Source: Octopus sinensis
Lineage: Eukaryota
NCBI RefSeq assembly: GCF_006345805.1
Contig: NC_043007.1
Coordinates: 248,001-312,000, forward strand
DNA: 64,000 bases
Direction of reading: 5' to 3'
In this document: in pieces, positions 13,870-27,125 of the stretch
Layout of the letters: each line of letters opens with the position of its first letter
Numbering within the stretch: the stretch's first letter is position 1
The notes under the pieces: model-generated
Seen by the model: only the letters and a program-made list of their open reading frames with translations
The model's database searches: none
Told to the model about the DNA's origin: nothing
Made by a program: the position numbers and the translations under genes

Positions 13870-14098
13870 GCGGCGAGCTGGCAGAAACGTTAGCACACCG
13901 GGCGAAATGCTTAGTGGTATTTCGTCTGCGGTTACGTTCTGTGTTCAAATTCCGCCGAGGCCGACTTTGCCTTTCATCCATTCGGGGTCGATTAAATAAG
14001 TACCAGTTACACACTGGGGTCGATATAATCGACTTAATCCGTTTGTCTGTACTTGTTTGTCCTCTCTGTGTTTAGCCCCTTGTGGGTAGTAAAAAAAT
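13870..14098 (+). mobile_element. SINE family B monomer (tRNA-like head, Meta-domain-like body, T2 tail)
   Basis: GCGGCGAGCTGGCAGAAACGTTAG head and B box GTTCAAATTCC. GACTTTGCCTTTCATCC..GGGGTCGAT..AAGTACC resembles the MetaSINE domain (recalled). Confidence 0.85.
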
Positions 14099-14560
14099 TT
14101 AAGCATGATTTGTCTTTCTTTTTTTTATCTATTTGCGCCAATTTCGTGCTAAATGAATTCTTCTTGATATATACATCACGTGAATGTCGAAACGAACACA
14201 ATACATGATAAATATTATAGCATATTTTTGACAAAGCTTCCTCTCTTCCATGATAGAGAAAAAAAGAGAGATAATACAATTATGTTCTTCAGAAAGTAAT
14301 TAGAATATCAATAAGAAGGTTATTGGAAACTGCTGAGCACTGGATTAATTAGTTCGTATATGTTTTCGAAGATCAAATCCAGATAATAGCGATTTTGCTT
14401 TCTCTAATGTTGCGATCTGTATATAATTAATATATACCGATAACATAATGCAGTAGGCATAATTGATTGAATTCTTAGATGGACATTTTTCTAAGAAAAC
14501 CTGATTCGAGTGAAAAAATTTCCTGCACGGAAATATATTATGAACAACAGCAGCAACAGT

Positions 14561-14921
14561 GGAGGCGCAATGGCCCAGTGGTTAGGGCAGCGGACTCGCG
14601 GTCGGTGGATCGCGGTTTCGATTCCCAGACCGGGCGTTGTATGTGTTTATTGAGCGAAAACACGTTAAGCTCCACGATGCTCCGGCAGGGGGTGGTGGCG
14701 ACCACTGTTGTACTCCTTCGCTCCAACTTTCTCTCACTCTTTCTTCCTGTTTTTTGTCCCCGACTTCCTACACAACCGCTGAGCCTGGATGCGCATTCAT
14801 CCATCCGTCGATGCTCTCGGTGTCGGGGGTTGATCTGCTTTCTCTTCAGCGGGTCTTACGAATAGCAAAGGACCACGTTTCGAACTTCTCCCACTCTGGG
14901 ACGAAGACTGCTTCACTCAAC
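14561..14921 (+). mobile_element. tRNA-derived SINE, family C, with an alternative structured 3' half and (CAA)n tail
   Basis: The first 195 bp or so are near-identical to the minus-strand copy at 10735-10929. The sequence is unrelated after about 14757. Confidence 0.8.
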
Positions 14922-17142
14922 AAAAAAAACAAACAAACACAGCAACAACAACACCAAGAAGAAGAAGAAATAGAAGAGCAACAACAATGACAACAACAAC
15001 AACAACAATAATAATATATTGTTTGAAGTAGCAAAGGCGTTGGATTGGCAGAATCATTAAATGCCTTACAACATTTCTTCTGGATCTTTACGCCCTAAGT
15101 TCAAGTCCACCTGATGCCAACCTTGTTATTTAGCTTAATATCATGCTTGGCCGAGAAGTTCTATGATCAGAGGGGTATAAACCACGGGCATTCCGTATAT
15201 TTCTCTTCTAGAAGCAATGTACGTTGGACTATATTAAACAATATTTCCTTTTCGAAAGTAGGATGTGATTAGAATCGGTGTTAATGATCGCAGAGAAAAA
15301 GGAATTGTGTAAGTAATAAGTGTATTTTTAACGCATCTTTCAGACAAAAAAACATACGGAATAAGAATACTAAACGAAGCTTCTCTCCTGACAAGCAAAG
15401 TTCAATATCTTCACCGCCAATGTATTTAACTAACAGATCGAACAGGAAATATATTTATTTGTCACGCTGTCGCAAGGGTGTGGGTTCTTCCAGAGACGAA
15501 TTTGTCGAGAACAGAAGGCTGAAAATATAGTGGATCTCGCGTGGTTTGAAATCAAAACAAGACAACTTAACTTTTATTATACCACACTGCTGAAATTGCT
15601 ACTTCAGCACGGACACACACACGCACACATACACACAGACACACACACGCACACACACACACACACACACACGCACACATACACACACACACGCAACCAC
15701 ACACACACACACAAAAACACCAGCTCCAACAACAACTACTTTAAACGGATTAAATTCTGTACGATTATCTCGAGTACATTTAGTGATAAAGCAACGAAGA
15801 AAATTATCGTGAGGGTTAGGAAAGATCGGTTATAATTTTTCTTTTTTGCTAACTCAAATGCTATGTATTTGGATTTATGCCGAGGTATATACACATATAT
15901 ATATATATATCTTTTCGACTAGGTGCAAGGCCAAATTTTTTTGAACAGTTTGTATGGTGAATGGAATGAATCCAATTATATTATTGGTAACTATATTTAT
16001 TGACTGTGCAAGGATGAGAGGTAATGTAATCTCTGACCGAACTTTAATTCAGATTTTCTATAATTTTGAATTGATGCACTCTGATCACACACACGCCGTG
16101 ACACGCTTGCGATGTCGCTGTTTAGTCATTCTACAATTATACAAATATAGACACGAATAATTATTGTATGTATTAGTTTTCAATGAGATAATTATTATCA
16201 GCATCTTTTGCAGTATTGTTTTTCTGGCTACACAACATACACGACATCATGCCAAAATAGCATCTCCTTTTGTTTCCTTTCATCCGATGTATTTTTCGTT
16301 TTCTCTAGTTTATTATTATCATTATTATTATCATTGTTGTTGTCGTTTTTGCTGTTATTATTTTATTGTATGAAACGGAGAACTCACATAATCCCATTAG
16401 TAATGTAATTTGATAACAATCCGTTATAAATAGACAGTTTATCATATAACTATCACAGATGAATTATTCAAAGAGCTAATTTGATTCGGTTGCCTTTGAA
16501 AAGATATATTGCCGGTCCATTTAACAAGTCAGCAGTAAATACAGACGACAATATGTATGCAAACACACATCGACGTTAATACACTTCCTCTCACGCCACA
16601 GGCCACAGGTACATTATATATATATATGTATGTATGTATGCATCTATAAATGTGTATTATAAAAGTGTATATTATGTATGTGTGCGTGTACATATGTGTG
16701 TGTTTGTGTTTTCATACGTGTGAGACAGTCTGTCTGTGTGCCTTTAAGCGGAAAGAAGAAACGTGTTTTTCTGCGTATTTATACGAAACATTTGTCAAAT
16801 AAAAAAAAAATTATAATGACAAATACTGTCTGGCAAAATAAAGGTAAGATGAAATGGCTAAAGGAAATGAATAACCCACGCACACAGACGCACACATATC
16901 CACACATCATTCATACATGTATGTATGTATGTATGTGTTGGTGGTGATGGTTAAACAGTATAATGTTTCAAAGTTGCACTGTACTAAATATTCTAGCGAT
17001 GACGAAGGGTAGCAGTTCTGACTTAGGTAGGTATGAAACGAATGATCGAGCGGTTTACGTCCAATCCTGTGTTAGGTTTTATTTAATTTTCGTGAGTTTA
17101 ACCACTTTAAAAACCAAGAAATAAATTGAATTTATAGCCAAG

Positions 17143-17345
17143 ATGGATACATGGATGCAGGACACATGGATCATGAAGTCACATGAAAATCGAAATGCCC
17201 ATATAGGTAATGATCTTGGACACCTACAACCTCTTACGACTTGTGTCGTATGTCACAAAACTTGTAAGACAATATCTGGACATATGCTAGTTCCCCAAAA
17301 CATTCCTTCAGAATCAGATTCCAAAGGGCAAAGAAGCTTGAATAA
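17143..17345 (+). mobile_element. Possible decayed RTE C-terminal zinc-finger remnant
   Basis: TTCVVCHKTCKTISG-HM resembles the finger at 32.5 kb with a deletion. Confidence 0.35.
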
Positions 17346-18788
17346 TACTCCCACTTGTATTGTAAACCCTATCAGTCAGCGGGATCGACAAAATAAGTAC
17401 CAGTTGCGTACTGGAGTCGATGTGATCGACTGACACACATCCTTCGAAACTGCTGACCTTACAGCAAAATTTGAGATCAATATTATTGTGCGGCATAAAC
17501 ACGTCGAAATGGCACGATCATTACTTGGTTGGTAAAAATGCTTAGTGGCATTTCTTTCGGCGTTACGTTCTGAGGTTGACTTTACCTTTTATTCTTTCGA
17601 GGACGTTAAAATAAATACCAGTTGAATAATAAGGCTGATTTAATCGACTTCGCACAGCCCCGAAATTGCTGGCCTTGTGCCAAAATTTCAAGCTAATATT
17701 ACTGGATGGCATACATAAAGTGGCCCTCAATTTAATACCGTCAGCAGGTCATTGGTTACCTTTTTAGAAGTTTATTCTGTTGTAAATATTCAGGACTCCG
17801 GTTTCAATATAGTATTCTGCTTTTCTTCATTGCACCAGTTTCCGAATTTTCGTTGTACCATTTCTCCTGTAATTCATTAAAAAAAGATACTCATACATTT
17901 CTATATAAGCAATTCATAATGAATGAATAATTTATGAAATAAAAAGCATAAATTAAGAAACACCACGGTTGATTTGTTAAGACGGTGTAATTCAAGCCGT
18001 ATTAAATGACTTGCTTTTATTGATCATAGTAATTTTAAATGTTTTTACTATCTGAGATGTTCAAATGCAAATTTCTTTTGATAAGGCGTCATTAGTTTTT
18101 ATTTTAACTTCACAAATAAAACAAAAGAAAACACTTTTCGTTGAATACCAAAAATACCGCAAATAAGTTTTAATAAAATATAAAATGGCTTGGAAATTTC
18201 TCATTGCTACACATTAACAGAAAATATAAACATTTACTCGTGATCGATAGTTTATAATTGATGCATGGATTTTATTGGTGAGAAGAGGTGATCGTCTGAT
18301 GATCGACTTTAAGAAACGTAGGTTCGTTTTAGTAAGCTGCTAATATTCTGCAAATGGTGGTGTCTGAATTGTAAAGCTTATAAGTGGAAGAGTCGAGAAT
18401 CGAACCAAAGAGTAAAAGAGTTTACGCTCGCTTTCATGACATACTTGAATTAATTTTGGAAAATGGCATTGCTACACAGTGTATGGATGAGAACAGAAAT
18501 TAGGTGGCCACTGTGGAATCGTGTTTAAACATATGTTTAAACACAAAGAAACTAAATCGCAAGCATTCGAAAGTGACCGGTTTATACATTGTATCTGAGG
18601 TTGAATATATAAAGATATATAAACAGTTACATGAATTCGCAGACACACAGAAAGCCACTTACCAAAACCGCAAACAAAGTTTGTCGCCAAATTTAGTGTG
18701 TTCCAAAGATGCACATCATATATCATCTGCTTCGTGTTGTATACAAAGATGGCGGGCGTCTCAGACCGATCATACGTGCCTTCTTCGG

Positions 18789-18864
<76 letters not shown>

Positions 18865-19126
18865 ACTATCTATCTATCATGTTCCTATATCCATATCATT
18901 TTAACTGTTTCAATCATCAGACTGCGGCCATGCTGGCGCACCGCCTTGTCTTTTTAGTCGGATCAATCGACCCCAGTACTTATTTTTATAGTCTGGTACT
19001 AAGTCTATCGGTCCCTTTTGCCACACACATACACACACACACACACACACACAACACACACACACACACACACACACATACATACGACGAATATGTATTA
19101 GTATAACGCTCAGGAATAGAAAGAGT

Positions 19127-19162
19127 CTTTTACGTTTCGAGCCTACGCTCTTCTACAGGAAG
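19127..19162 (-). ncRNA. Minimal hammerhead motif (core variant CTGTAGA, GUA site)
   Basis: The minus strand reads CTTC-CTGTAGA-A-GAGC-GTAG-GCTC-GAAA-CGTA-AAAG. It shares GAAGAGC..GCTCGAAACG and the downstream TTCCTGAGCGT with the 50.5-kb family. Confidence 0.55.
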
Positions 19163-19380
19163 GGATACAAAAACAAACAAGAAGAGAATAAAACGGAGAG
19201 AAAAAAGGAGCGAAAAAAGGAGAGAAAAAAGGAGAGAAACATATTTACACATATACATATATGCGTGTGTGTGTGTGTGTGTGAGTGAGTGATGTTGTGT
19301 GTACGCACACACACACACACACTTATAAGAAAGGTAACGTTTGAAACTAGATAAATTATACGCAAGTGTGTATATGTTTC

Positions 19381-19433
<53 letters not shown>

Positions 19434-19961
19434 GTGTGTTTGTGTGTGTGTATGTATATATGTATAAGATTAATTGCTGGCTGAATCTCTCCCTCTCGAT
19501 TATGTGTGTGTGTGTGTGTGTCTTTGCCTTTGTGTGTCAGTCTTTGTGCGTGCGTAATGTACCTAACAGCCTGTTCAACGAGCAGTGAAACTGTTCTATT
19601 TAATGTTTATATAGAGAACAATTTCGACAGGTTCATTTAAGACAAGTGTGTTAAAGTGATAATTTATAATTTCGTGGAGAATTCTATGGGGATGTAAAAA
19701 AAAACAGAAAAAATTGTTTGACGAGTATTAAGTAAAATTCATTGAAAATAAGTTTAAAAGGTTAATGGCGTTACGGAAAGTATGTAAGGTAATTGATGGC
19801 GAGAGAAGGTCAGAGATGGCCAGCTGAACAGTGGAATCACTTGGGTATTAATCTCTATTGAATTTACTGAGGTCAGGAATGCAGAGGGGAATCGTTGTTG
19901 TAGTCAGTTCGGTGTAGCCTATATTTATACCTATGATTGTTTGTAGAAGCGTTTTAGTTCC

Positions 19962-19996
<35 letters not shown>

Positions 19997-20559
19997 ATAT
20001 ATTTGTGTAGGCTTGTGTCTATGTTTGTGTCTGTACGAGTGTATATGGCTCTGTGGGTATATGCCCGCCCCTATGTGCATTTGAGATTTAGGTTATTTTT
20101 GAATGTTTCTCTTTGTGTTTGGGAAAATATAAGTTTAATATGGTGAATTAAATGTATGAAAAAAAGACGTAGTTATTTTTTGTATCATATCTTGCAAATG
20201 GAGGTTTCCGATCGGCTAAATTTAGACTTACAGCAGGTAAAAACTTCTTTGAGAAGTGGACCGCATGAGACGTAGGTCATGAATACGCGTGCTTCACTCG
20301 TACAAAATTTTCAGTGAAATATTTTTTAGGTGTGCAATTCAGAAAGATCAGCAGTCAGCAATTTGCCGGTGATTGATTTCAAGGCTTGAATCTTGCTTTT
20401 ATTTTAAATTTCTACAAAAAAAAAAACCACGTTATCATTTTCGTCATCATCATGCAAAACAACGTCAGATTGGGGAATCTGAAAAACGTCTGACGGTGAA
20501 AAGAAATTTAAACTGATCGTCTCATACCAGTACAATCTGTAATATTTTGCAAATTTTAA

Positions 20560-20795
20560 GGCAGCGAGCTGGCAGACGTTAGCAGACGTTAGCGAGCTGG
20601 CAGACGTTAGCTGGGCGAAATGCTTAGCGGCATTTCGTCTTTTACGTTCTGAGTTTAAATTCCGCCGAGGTCAACTTTGTCTTTTATACTTCCGGGGTCG
20701 ATAAATTGAGTACCAATTGGGTACTGAGGTCGGTCTATTCGATTGGCCACCTCCCCCAAAATTTCGGGCCTTGTGCCTGGAGTAGAAAAGAATGC
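20560..20795 (+). mobile_element. SINE family B monomer with T1 tail
   Basis: Same body. Tail CCCCAAAATTTCGGGCCTTGTGCCT.GAGTAGAAAAGAAT. Related T1-type or degenerate copies lie at about 960-1160, 1410-1625, 7924-8092, 17510-17700, 22500-22680, 55470-55630, 59925-60085 and 61755-61960. Confidence 0.8.
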
Positions 20796-21195
20796 CTTTC
20801 AAATGTTTAATTCGGTTATGTGCTTAAGGCTCTTAGTTCCTTTGTGAGTACATGAATGTAGTTAAGTCAGTTTCTTTGTGTGTTTAGGTGTCAGTGTATA
20901 TGTGTGTATATGTGTGCGTGTCTATTAAGTTAGTTGTATCTGAGGTTGCTTTTTAAATATGCAGATATTTGAAATAAAAGGATATATATACGGTAAAATA
21001 TGAGGTAATTCAAATAAGAAATTAAGCTTATCAAATTACGTATTTTACTTTCTATATAATTCTATAAAATTCCCCAATATATTTTGTATTAGTTCGTAGA
21101 TTTGTAATACGTATGTTTTTCCTCGGGGATGAAATACAATACGTAGAAAGCATCTCAGCGTGTGTGTAGGCAAATGCCTTAGGCCACTTTGTATA

Positions 21196-21302
21196 TAATA
21201 ATAATGATGATAATAATATGATAATAATAATAATAATAATAATAATAATATATAATAATAATAATATTATTAATAATAATAATAATAATGATAATAATAA
21301 TG

Positions 21303-21344
<42 letters not shown>

Positions 21345-21601
21345 GTAATAATATAATAATAATGATAATAATAATAATAATAATAGTAATATAATAATAA
21401 TAATAATAATAATATAATAATAATAATAGTAATAATAATAATAATAAAATAATAATAGTAATAATGATAATAATAATGAAATAATAATAATAGTAATATA
21501 ATAATAATAATAATAATAATAATGATAATAATAATAATAGTATAATAATAATAATAATAACAACAATAACAATAATAACAACAATAATAATAAAAATAAT
21601 A

Positions 21602-21632
<31 letters not shown>

Positions 21633-21660
21633 TAGTAATAATAATAATAATAATAATAGT
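21196..21660. repeat. About 465-bp degenerate (AAT)n array
   Basis: Direct reading. Confidence 0.95.
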
Positions 21661-21969
21661 AAATGGAATGGAGAAAGTTCTAACCATGCAAACTACAATG
21701 AACACATAGGTATACGGATATAATTACGATAAAAAATTTTCCCCAAAACATAAAAACATATATGGATATATTAAAAATACATATAAAAATACAAACAGCT
21801 TTTTATCTCAATTCAATCCGTACACATACGTGTTAATTGTAAGTTGCCCGGTTTTAACTTTCTCTGTTCCATTTATTATAGTTGTCTAAAATTCTCAGGT
21901 CCAACTTGATCACTTTTATGCAGTCTGTATATTTTGTAAGACAACTATAACTGCCTGTCTCTCTGTATA

Positions 21970-22066
<97 letters not shown>

Positions 22067-22141
22067 TGTGTGTATGCATATATATGTATATATATATATG
22101 TATATATTATATATATATATGTATATAAATATGTATATATA

Positions 22142-22172
<31 letters not shown>

Positions 22173-23126
22173 GTATATATATATGCATATATATATGTCT
22201 CTATATATATGTATAAATATATATATATATATATATATGTATATGTGTATGGGTGTATTTGTTTGTGTGTGTCATAGTGCGTCTACTCATACCACTTGAC
22301 AACAGGTGTCCTTTGGTTTACGTCCTGCTAAATGAGCGTTTCTGCCAAAGAGTCCGATAGCATAAGTACCCGACTTCAAAAACGTTATAGTGAGTTCAAT
22401 TCCTCCGACTGAACCTCTCAAATTATCATCTCTGCATGACCGCAGACCCATGAATTGAACAATTAAAAAAGAAAAGCAGAAACATTAGAATACCGTACAA
22501 ATTACTTAATGTCATTCCGTCCGGCTTTACGTTCTGAGTTCAAATTCCGTCGGAGTCGACTTTGCCTTTCATCCTCTCAGGGCTGCTAAATGAAGTACCA
22601 GTTGAGCACTGGGGGTCGATGTAATCGATTAGTCCCTTCTCCCAAGAACAGCTGGCTCTGTGCCAAAATTTAAAATCAATATATGTGTGTATATGTTCTA
22701 TGAATTCATTTTTAATCAGAGAAGAGAAAGAGAGACAGAGAATGAGAGTGAGACAGGGAGAGAGAGAGAGGAGAGAGAGGAGAGAGAAGAGAGTTAGAGA
22801 GAGATATGAAGCAATCTTTCCATTCAGACAAACATGGAGCGATAGACCTATGACATATCGCATGAAAAACACACAATGCTTTTGTTAATTTGTGTCTCAA
22901 TGCGTTTCGTTGGCGTCACGTATTAATTAACTAAGCCACTGTAACAGCGCGGCTACGTGAATAACGCTGCAAATATATTTACATGGCGACTTTCAATAAG
23001 CACGAAGTTCATCTCCGTTATAACAATAAATCTCATGGTTAAGCCAGAAAGCTTTGAGTAAAGAACTCAGATACTTCAGCCTATGCTTACAAGCTCGTCA
23101 TGAATAGTTAGTTAATCTGTTGAAAG

Positions 23127-23139
23127 ATTATTATTATTA

Positions 23140-23196
<57 letters not shown>

Positions 23197-23218
23197 TGTT
23201 ATTATTATTATTATTATC

Positions 23219-23277
<59 letters not shown>

Positions 23278-23285
23278 CATTATTA

Positions 23286-23316
<31 letters not shown>

Positions 23317-23379
23317 TATATTATTACTATTATTATTATCATTATCATTATTATTATTATACTATTATTATTATTATTA

Positions 23380-23442
<63 letters not shown>

Positions 23443-23448
23443 CATTAT

Positions 23449-23489
<41 letters not shown>

Positions 23490-23613
23490 TTATTATTATC
23501 ATTATTATTATTACTATTATTATTATCATTATCATATATTATTACTATATTATTATTATTATTATTATATTATTATTATTATTACTATATTATTATCATT
23601 ATCATTATATTAC

Positions 23614-23649
<36 letters not shown>

Positions 23650-24312
23650 TATTATTATATTATCATTATTATATACTATTATTATTATTATTATTATTAT
23701 TTTCTTATTATTACATATATTATTATTATTATTATACTATTATTATTATCATTATCATTATTATTATTACTATTATTATTATATATTATTATTATATATT
23801 ATTACTATTATTATTATCATTATCATTATTATTATTACTATTATTATATTATTATTATTATTATTATTACTATTATTATTATCATTATATTATATATTAC
23901 TATTATTATTATTATTATATTATTATATTATTATTATTACTATTATTATTATTATTATTATTATTACTATTATATTATCATTATCATTATTATTATTATA
24001 TTATGTTATTATATTATTATTATTATTATTATATATTACTATATTATTATTATATATTATTATTACTATATTATTATATTATCATTATTATTACTAGTAT
24101 TATTATTATATCATTATCATTATTATTATTATTCTTATTATTATTATTATTATTATTACTATTAGTATTATTATTTCATTATCATTATTATTATTATTAC
24201 TATTATTATATTATTATTACTATTATTATTATTATTATCATTATCATTATTATTATTATTACTAGTATTATTATTTTATTACTATTATTATTATATTATT
24301 ATTATTATTATT

Positions 24313-24352
<40 letters not shown>

Positions 24353-24570
24353 TATTATTATCATTATCTTATTATTATTATTACTATTATTATTATTATT
24401 CTTATTATTATTATTATTATTACTATTATTATTATGATTATTATTATTATTACTATTATTATTATCATTATCATTATTATTATTGATTACTATTATTATA
24501 TTATTATTATTATTATTATTATCATCTTATTATTACTATTATTATTATCATTATCATTATATTATTACTA

Positions 24571-24601
<31 letters not shown>

Positions 24602-24722
24602 TATTATTATCATTATCATTATTATTATTACTATTATTATATTATTATTATTATTATTATTTTATTATTATATTACTATTATTTATTATTATTATTATAT
24701 TATTATTATTATTATTATTATT
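23127..24722. repeat. About 1.6-kb degenerate (TAT)n array
   Basis: Direct reading. Variant units CAT, TAC, TATA. Confidence 0.95.
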
Positions 24723-24998
24723 TTGTGGTTTCATAAATAACTCCAAGCTATCTTTCGTCTCTCTTCCTCTCTAAATAACGGTATAAAGTAAACGTTTTGT
24801 GGAAGTGATGATGGCGGGCAAAATTAGTCACGTTGTTGTTCAGCACATTTTGGGGAGGGAGACCCAGGGTCTTTGTGGCACAATGATACTAAATGTAGTT
24901 TTATTAAACGTCTGTACACAAATTAACTGACAAACATACGTACAGTTAATACAAACTTCAGTTGATACAGCCAGACACAGACACACATATATTAAATA

Positions 24999-26610
24999 CT
25001 AGCAGAGATACCCGGCGTTGCCCGTGTTACATACAATTGAAGAATTAGACTTTTGTGTTATATTTTCTCTAATGAACTGGAATATCTATGTTTCGAATTT
25101 CAGACCCCCCAAAAATTGTAATCGTGCCACATATATCCCATATTACTGATTTTTATGCACATATTCCAAAATTCCAGTTTATTGAACCTCTTAAAAAGAT
25201 TTTGCTCCTGAAAAATGAAGGTTATAGAGCTCTAAAATGTGAGAGTTAAGGCCCCTGTTGGGGGTGGGCATCTTAATATCAACCACAGAAGTTGAATTGT
25301 TGAGAATCTTTTTTACTTGGGTCTTATATCTATTGTTTGAATTTCTTTGAAATAGGAAATATATGTTCACTGGGTTTGTAAAAGAGAGCAAAGCTACAGG
25401 AAACCAAAAGACGAATGATCACAATAAGCAGTCAGCTACAGTACCCTAGACGTTACCACTCCCAATGTAGGATTCCTCACCATCCAGGTGACAGGCACAG
25501 CAGTAAGATGCATTACGAATTTATAGCAATTGGAAGGGCGTGACCCAACTGAAATAAACATTAACAACTGTGTGACGTGAGGGCTAAGGAGAAATGAAAG
25601 TTGCAGTTTGCAAATGACCGCTATACTGATATGTAACTGGACAGAATAAATTTACAATGTATAAGTGTCTTTGAATAACCAGTCACTCATCTGGGAAGGC
25701 CTTGAAATCAATGTTGCCATCTGGGGACTATGTGTGACCGAGTGATAATAAAATGACTGAAAGGACGTCTGCAATCAAATAACTTTACTCAACACTTTGC
25801 AACTGAATCAGTGGAGGCAAAGATGCCTCTCATTTACTTGACAATTTATGCAGCACATTGCAGAAAATCACAATGTATGTGTATGTCAAAGCAAACTGTT
25901 ACATTGTTGTACCATTGAATTAGAAATAATGCTCACCTTTTATGCTCGGGTAACCCTACAGCTAAAATGACAAACTTGTGGGTGTTAAGTCCCCATGGAT
26001 GGGTCTTTATAACTTGTAAGAAGATGAAATCATATAAATATTACTTCATTTGTCTCTAATATCTATGGTTAAAATTTCATCAACAGCAAAAATATATGCA
26101 TTCTCATGGAGGTTGTGGCCCTTATGCATAGTATATAATTTCCAAATTTCGTAAAGATCCATTCAGTTCTTTTGACTTAGTTTTGGATCATAAAAGAAAT
26201 GACTAAAATTTGGGAGTTAAGGCCCCCATTTGGGTGTCTTAGAATCCTCATGTGAAGTGGAAACTTTGAGAATACTTCTTGATGTGAGTCAATAACCCAT
26301 GGTTAAAATTCCATAAACATCGAAAATTTATGAATTTCCTTGGGGGGGTTCTGCCCCCTTTAAGCCATCTGAAATTCAAACCAAACATATTGCATTATAC
26401 CCGCCCTTATGCATTGAATCTAAGTTTCAAATATCATAGGGATCCATTCAGTAATTTTGGTCCATGACGTATTAAACACACAGCATTACCATTCTCCCTA
26501 GGCTTGGATTTTGTGTTCCAAATTTCATTATGTTCGGTGCAGCAATTTTCGAATGTATAAGTAATACACGAACACTCAAAGACATTGCCTTTGATAAAAT
26601 ATATATTAAT
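24999..26610 (-). mobile_element. Non-autonomous Helitron-like element (about 1.6 kb) with internal repeats
   Basis: Minus-strand 3' end CACGGGCAACGCCGGGTATCTCTGCTAG(T) resembles the 36.9-kb Helitron end. Internal repeated blocks (GAGTTAAGGCCCC at about 25243 and 26215; GATCCATTCAG at about 26156 and 26442). The 5' end is blurred by (TA)n. Confidence 0.6.
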
Positions 26611-26636
26611 GTACACATATACATACATGATATATA

Positions 26637-26699
<63 letters not shown>

Positions 26700-26730
26700 T
26701 ACGTGCGTGTGTGTGCGTGGTGTGTGTGTG

Positions 26731-26777
<47 letters not shown>

Positions 26778-27081
26778 AAGATAAATTGATAGATACAACT
26801 GAGTGGGCAAACATAAATATGAGACACAGCGTAGTGGTTTTTTTTATGTTGATAAGCCTGGTACTTATTCTGTTAGTTTCTTCTTTTTGAAACCAGTAAG
26901 TTATGGGGATGTAAAAAAAACGAAGAGCAGTTGTGAAGCAGTAATGAGGGTGAAACACAGAAACAAAGTCACATACATACACTTAAATATATACATACAT
27001 ATATATACGATTGATTTCTTTAAGTTTCCGTCTACGAAATCTCTCTCTCTCTATATATATATATATATGTGTGTGTGTATG

Positions 27082-27125
<44 letters not shown>

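Noticed and set aside
14561-14630. tRNA-like sequences at SINE heads
   Set aside because: They have A and B boxes but no complete cloverleaf or acceptor stem, and they continue into SINE bodies, so they are not tRNA genes.
18663-18790. Minus-strand open segment ending in a strong donor (TTG|GTAAGT), with a plus-strand AAGATGGCGG YY1-like motif
   Set aside because: The only acceptor is an AG inside a (GATA)n repeat without a pyrimidine tract, and the peptide is unrecognised.
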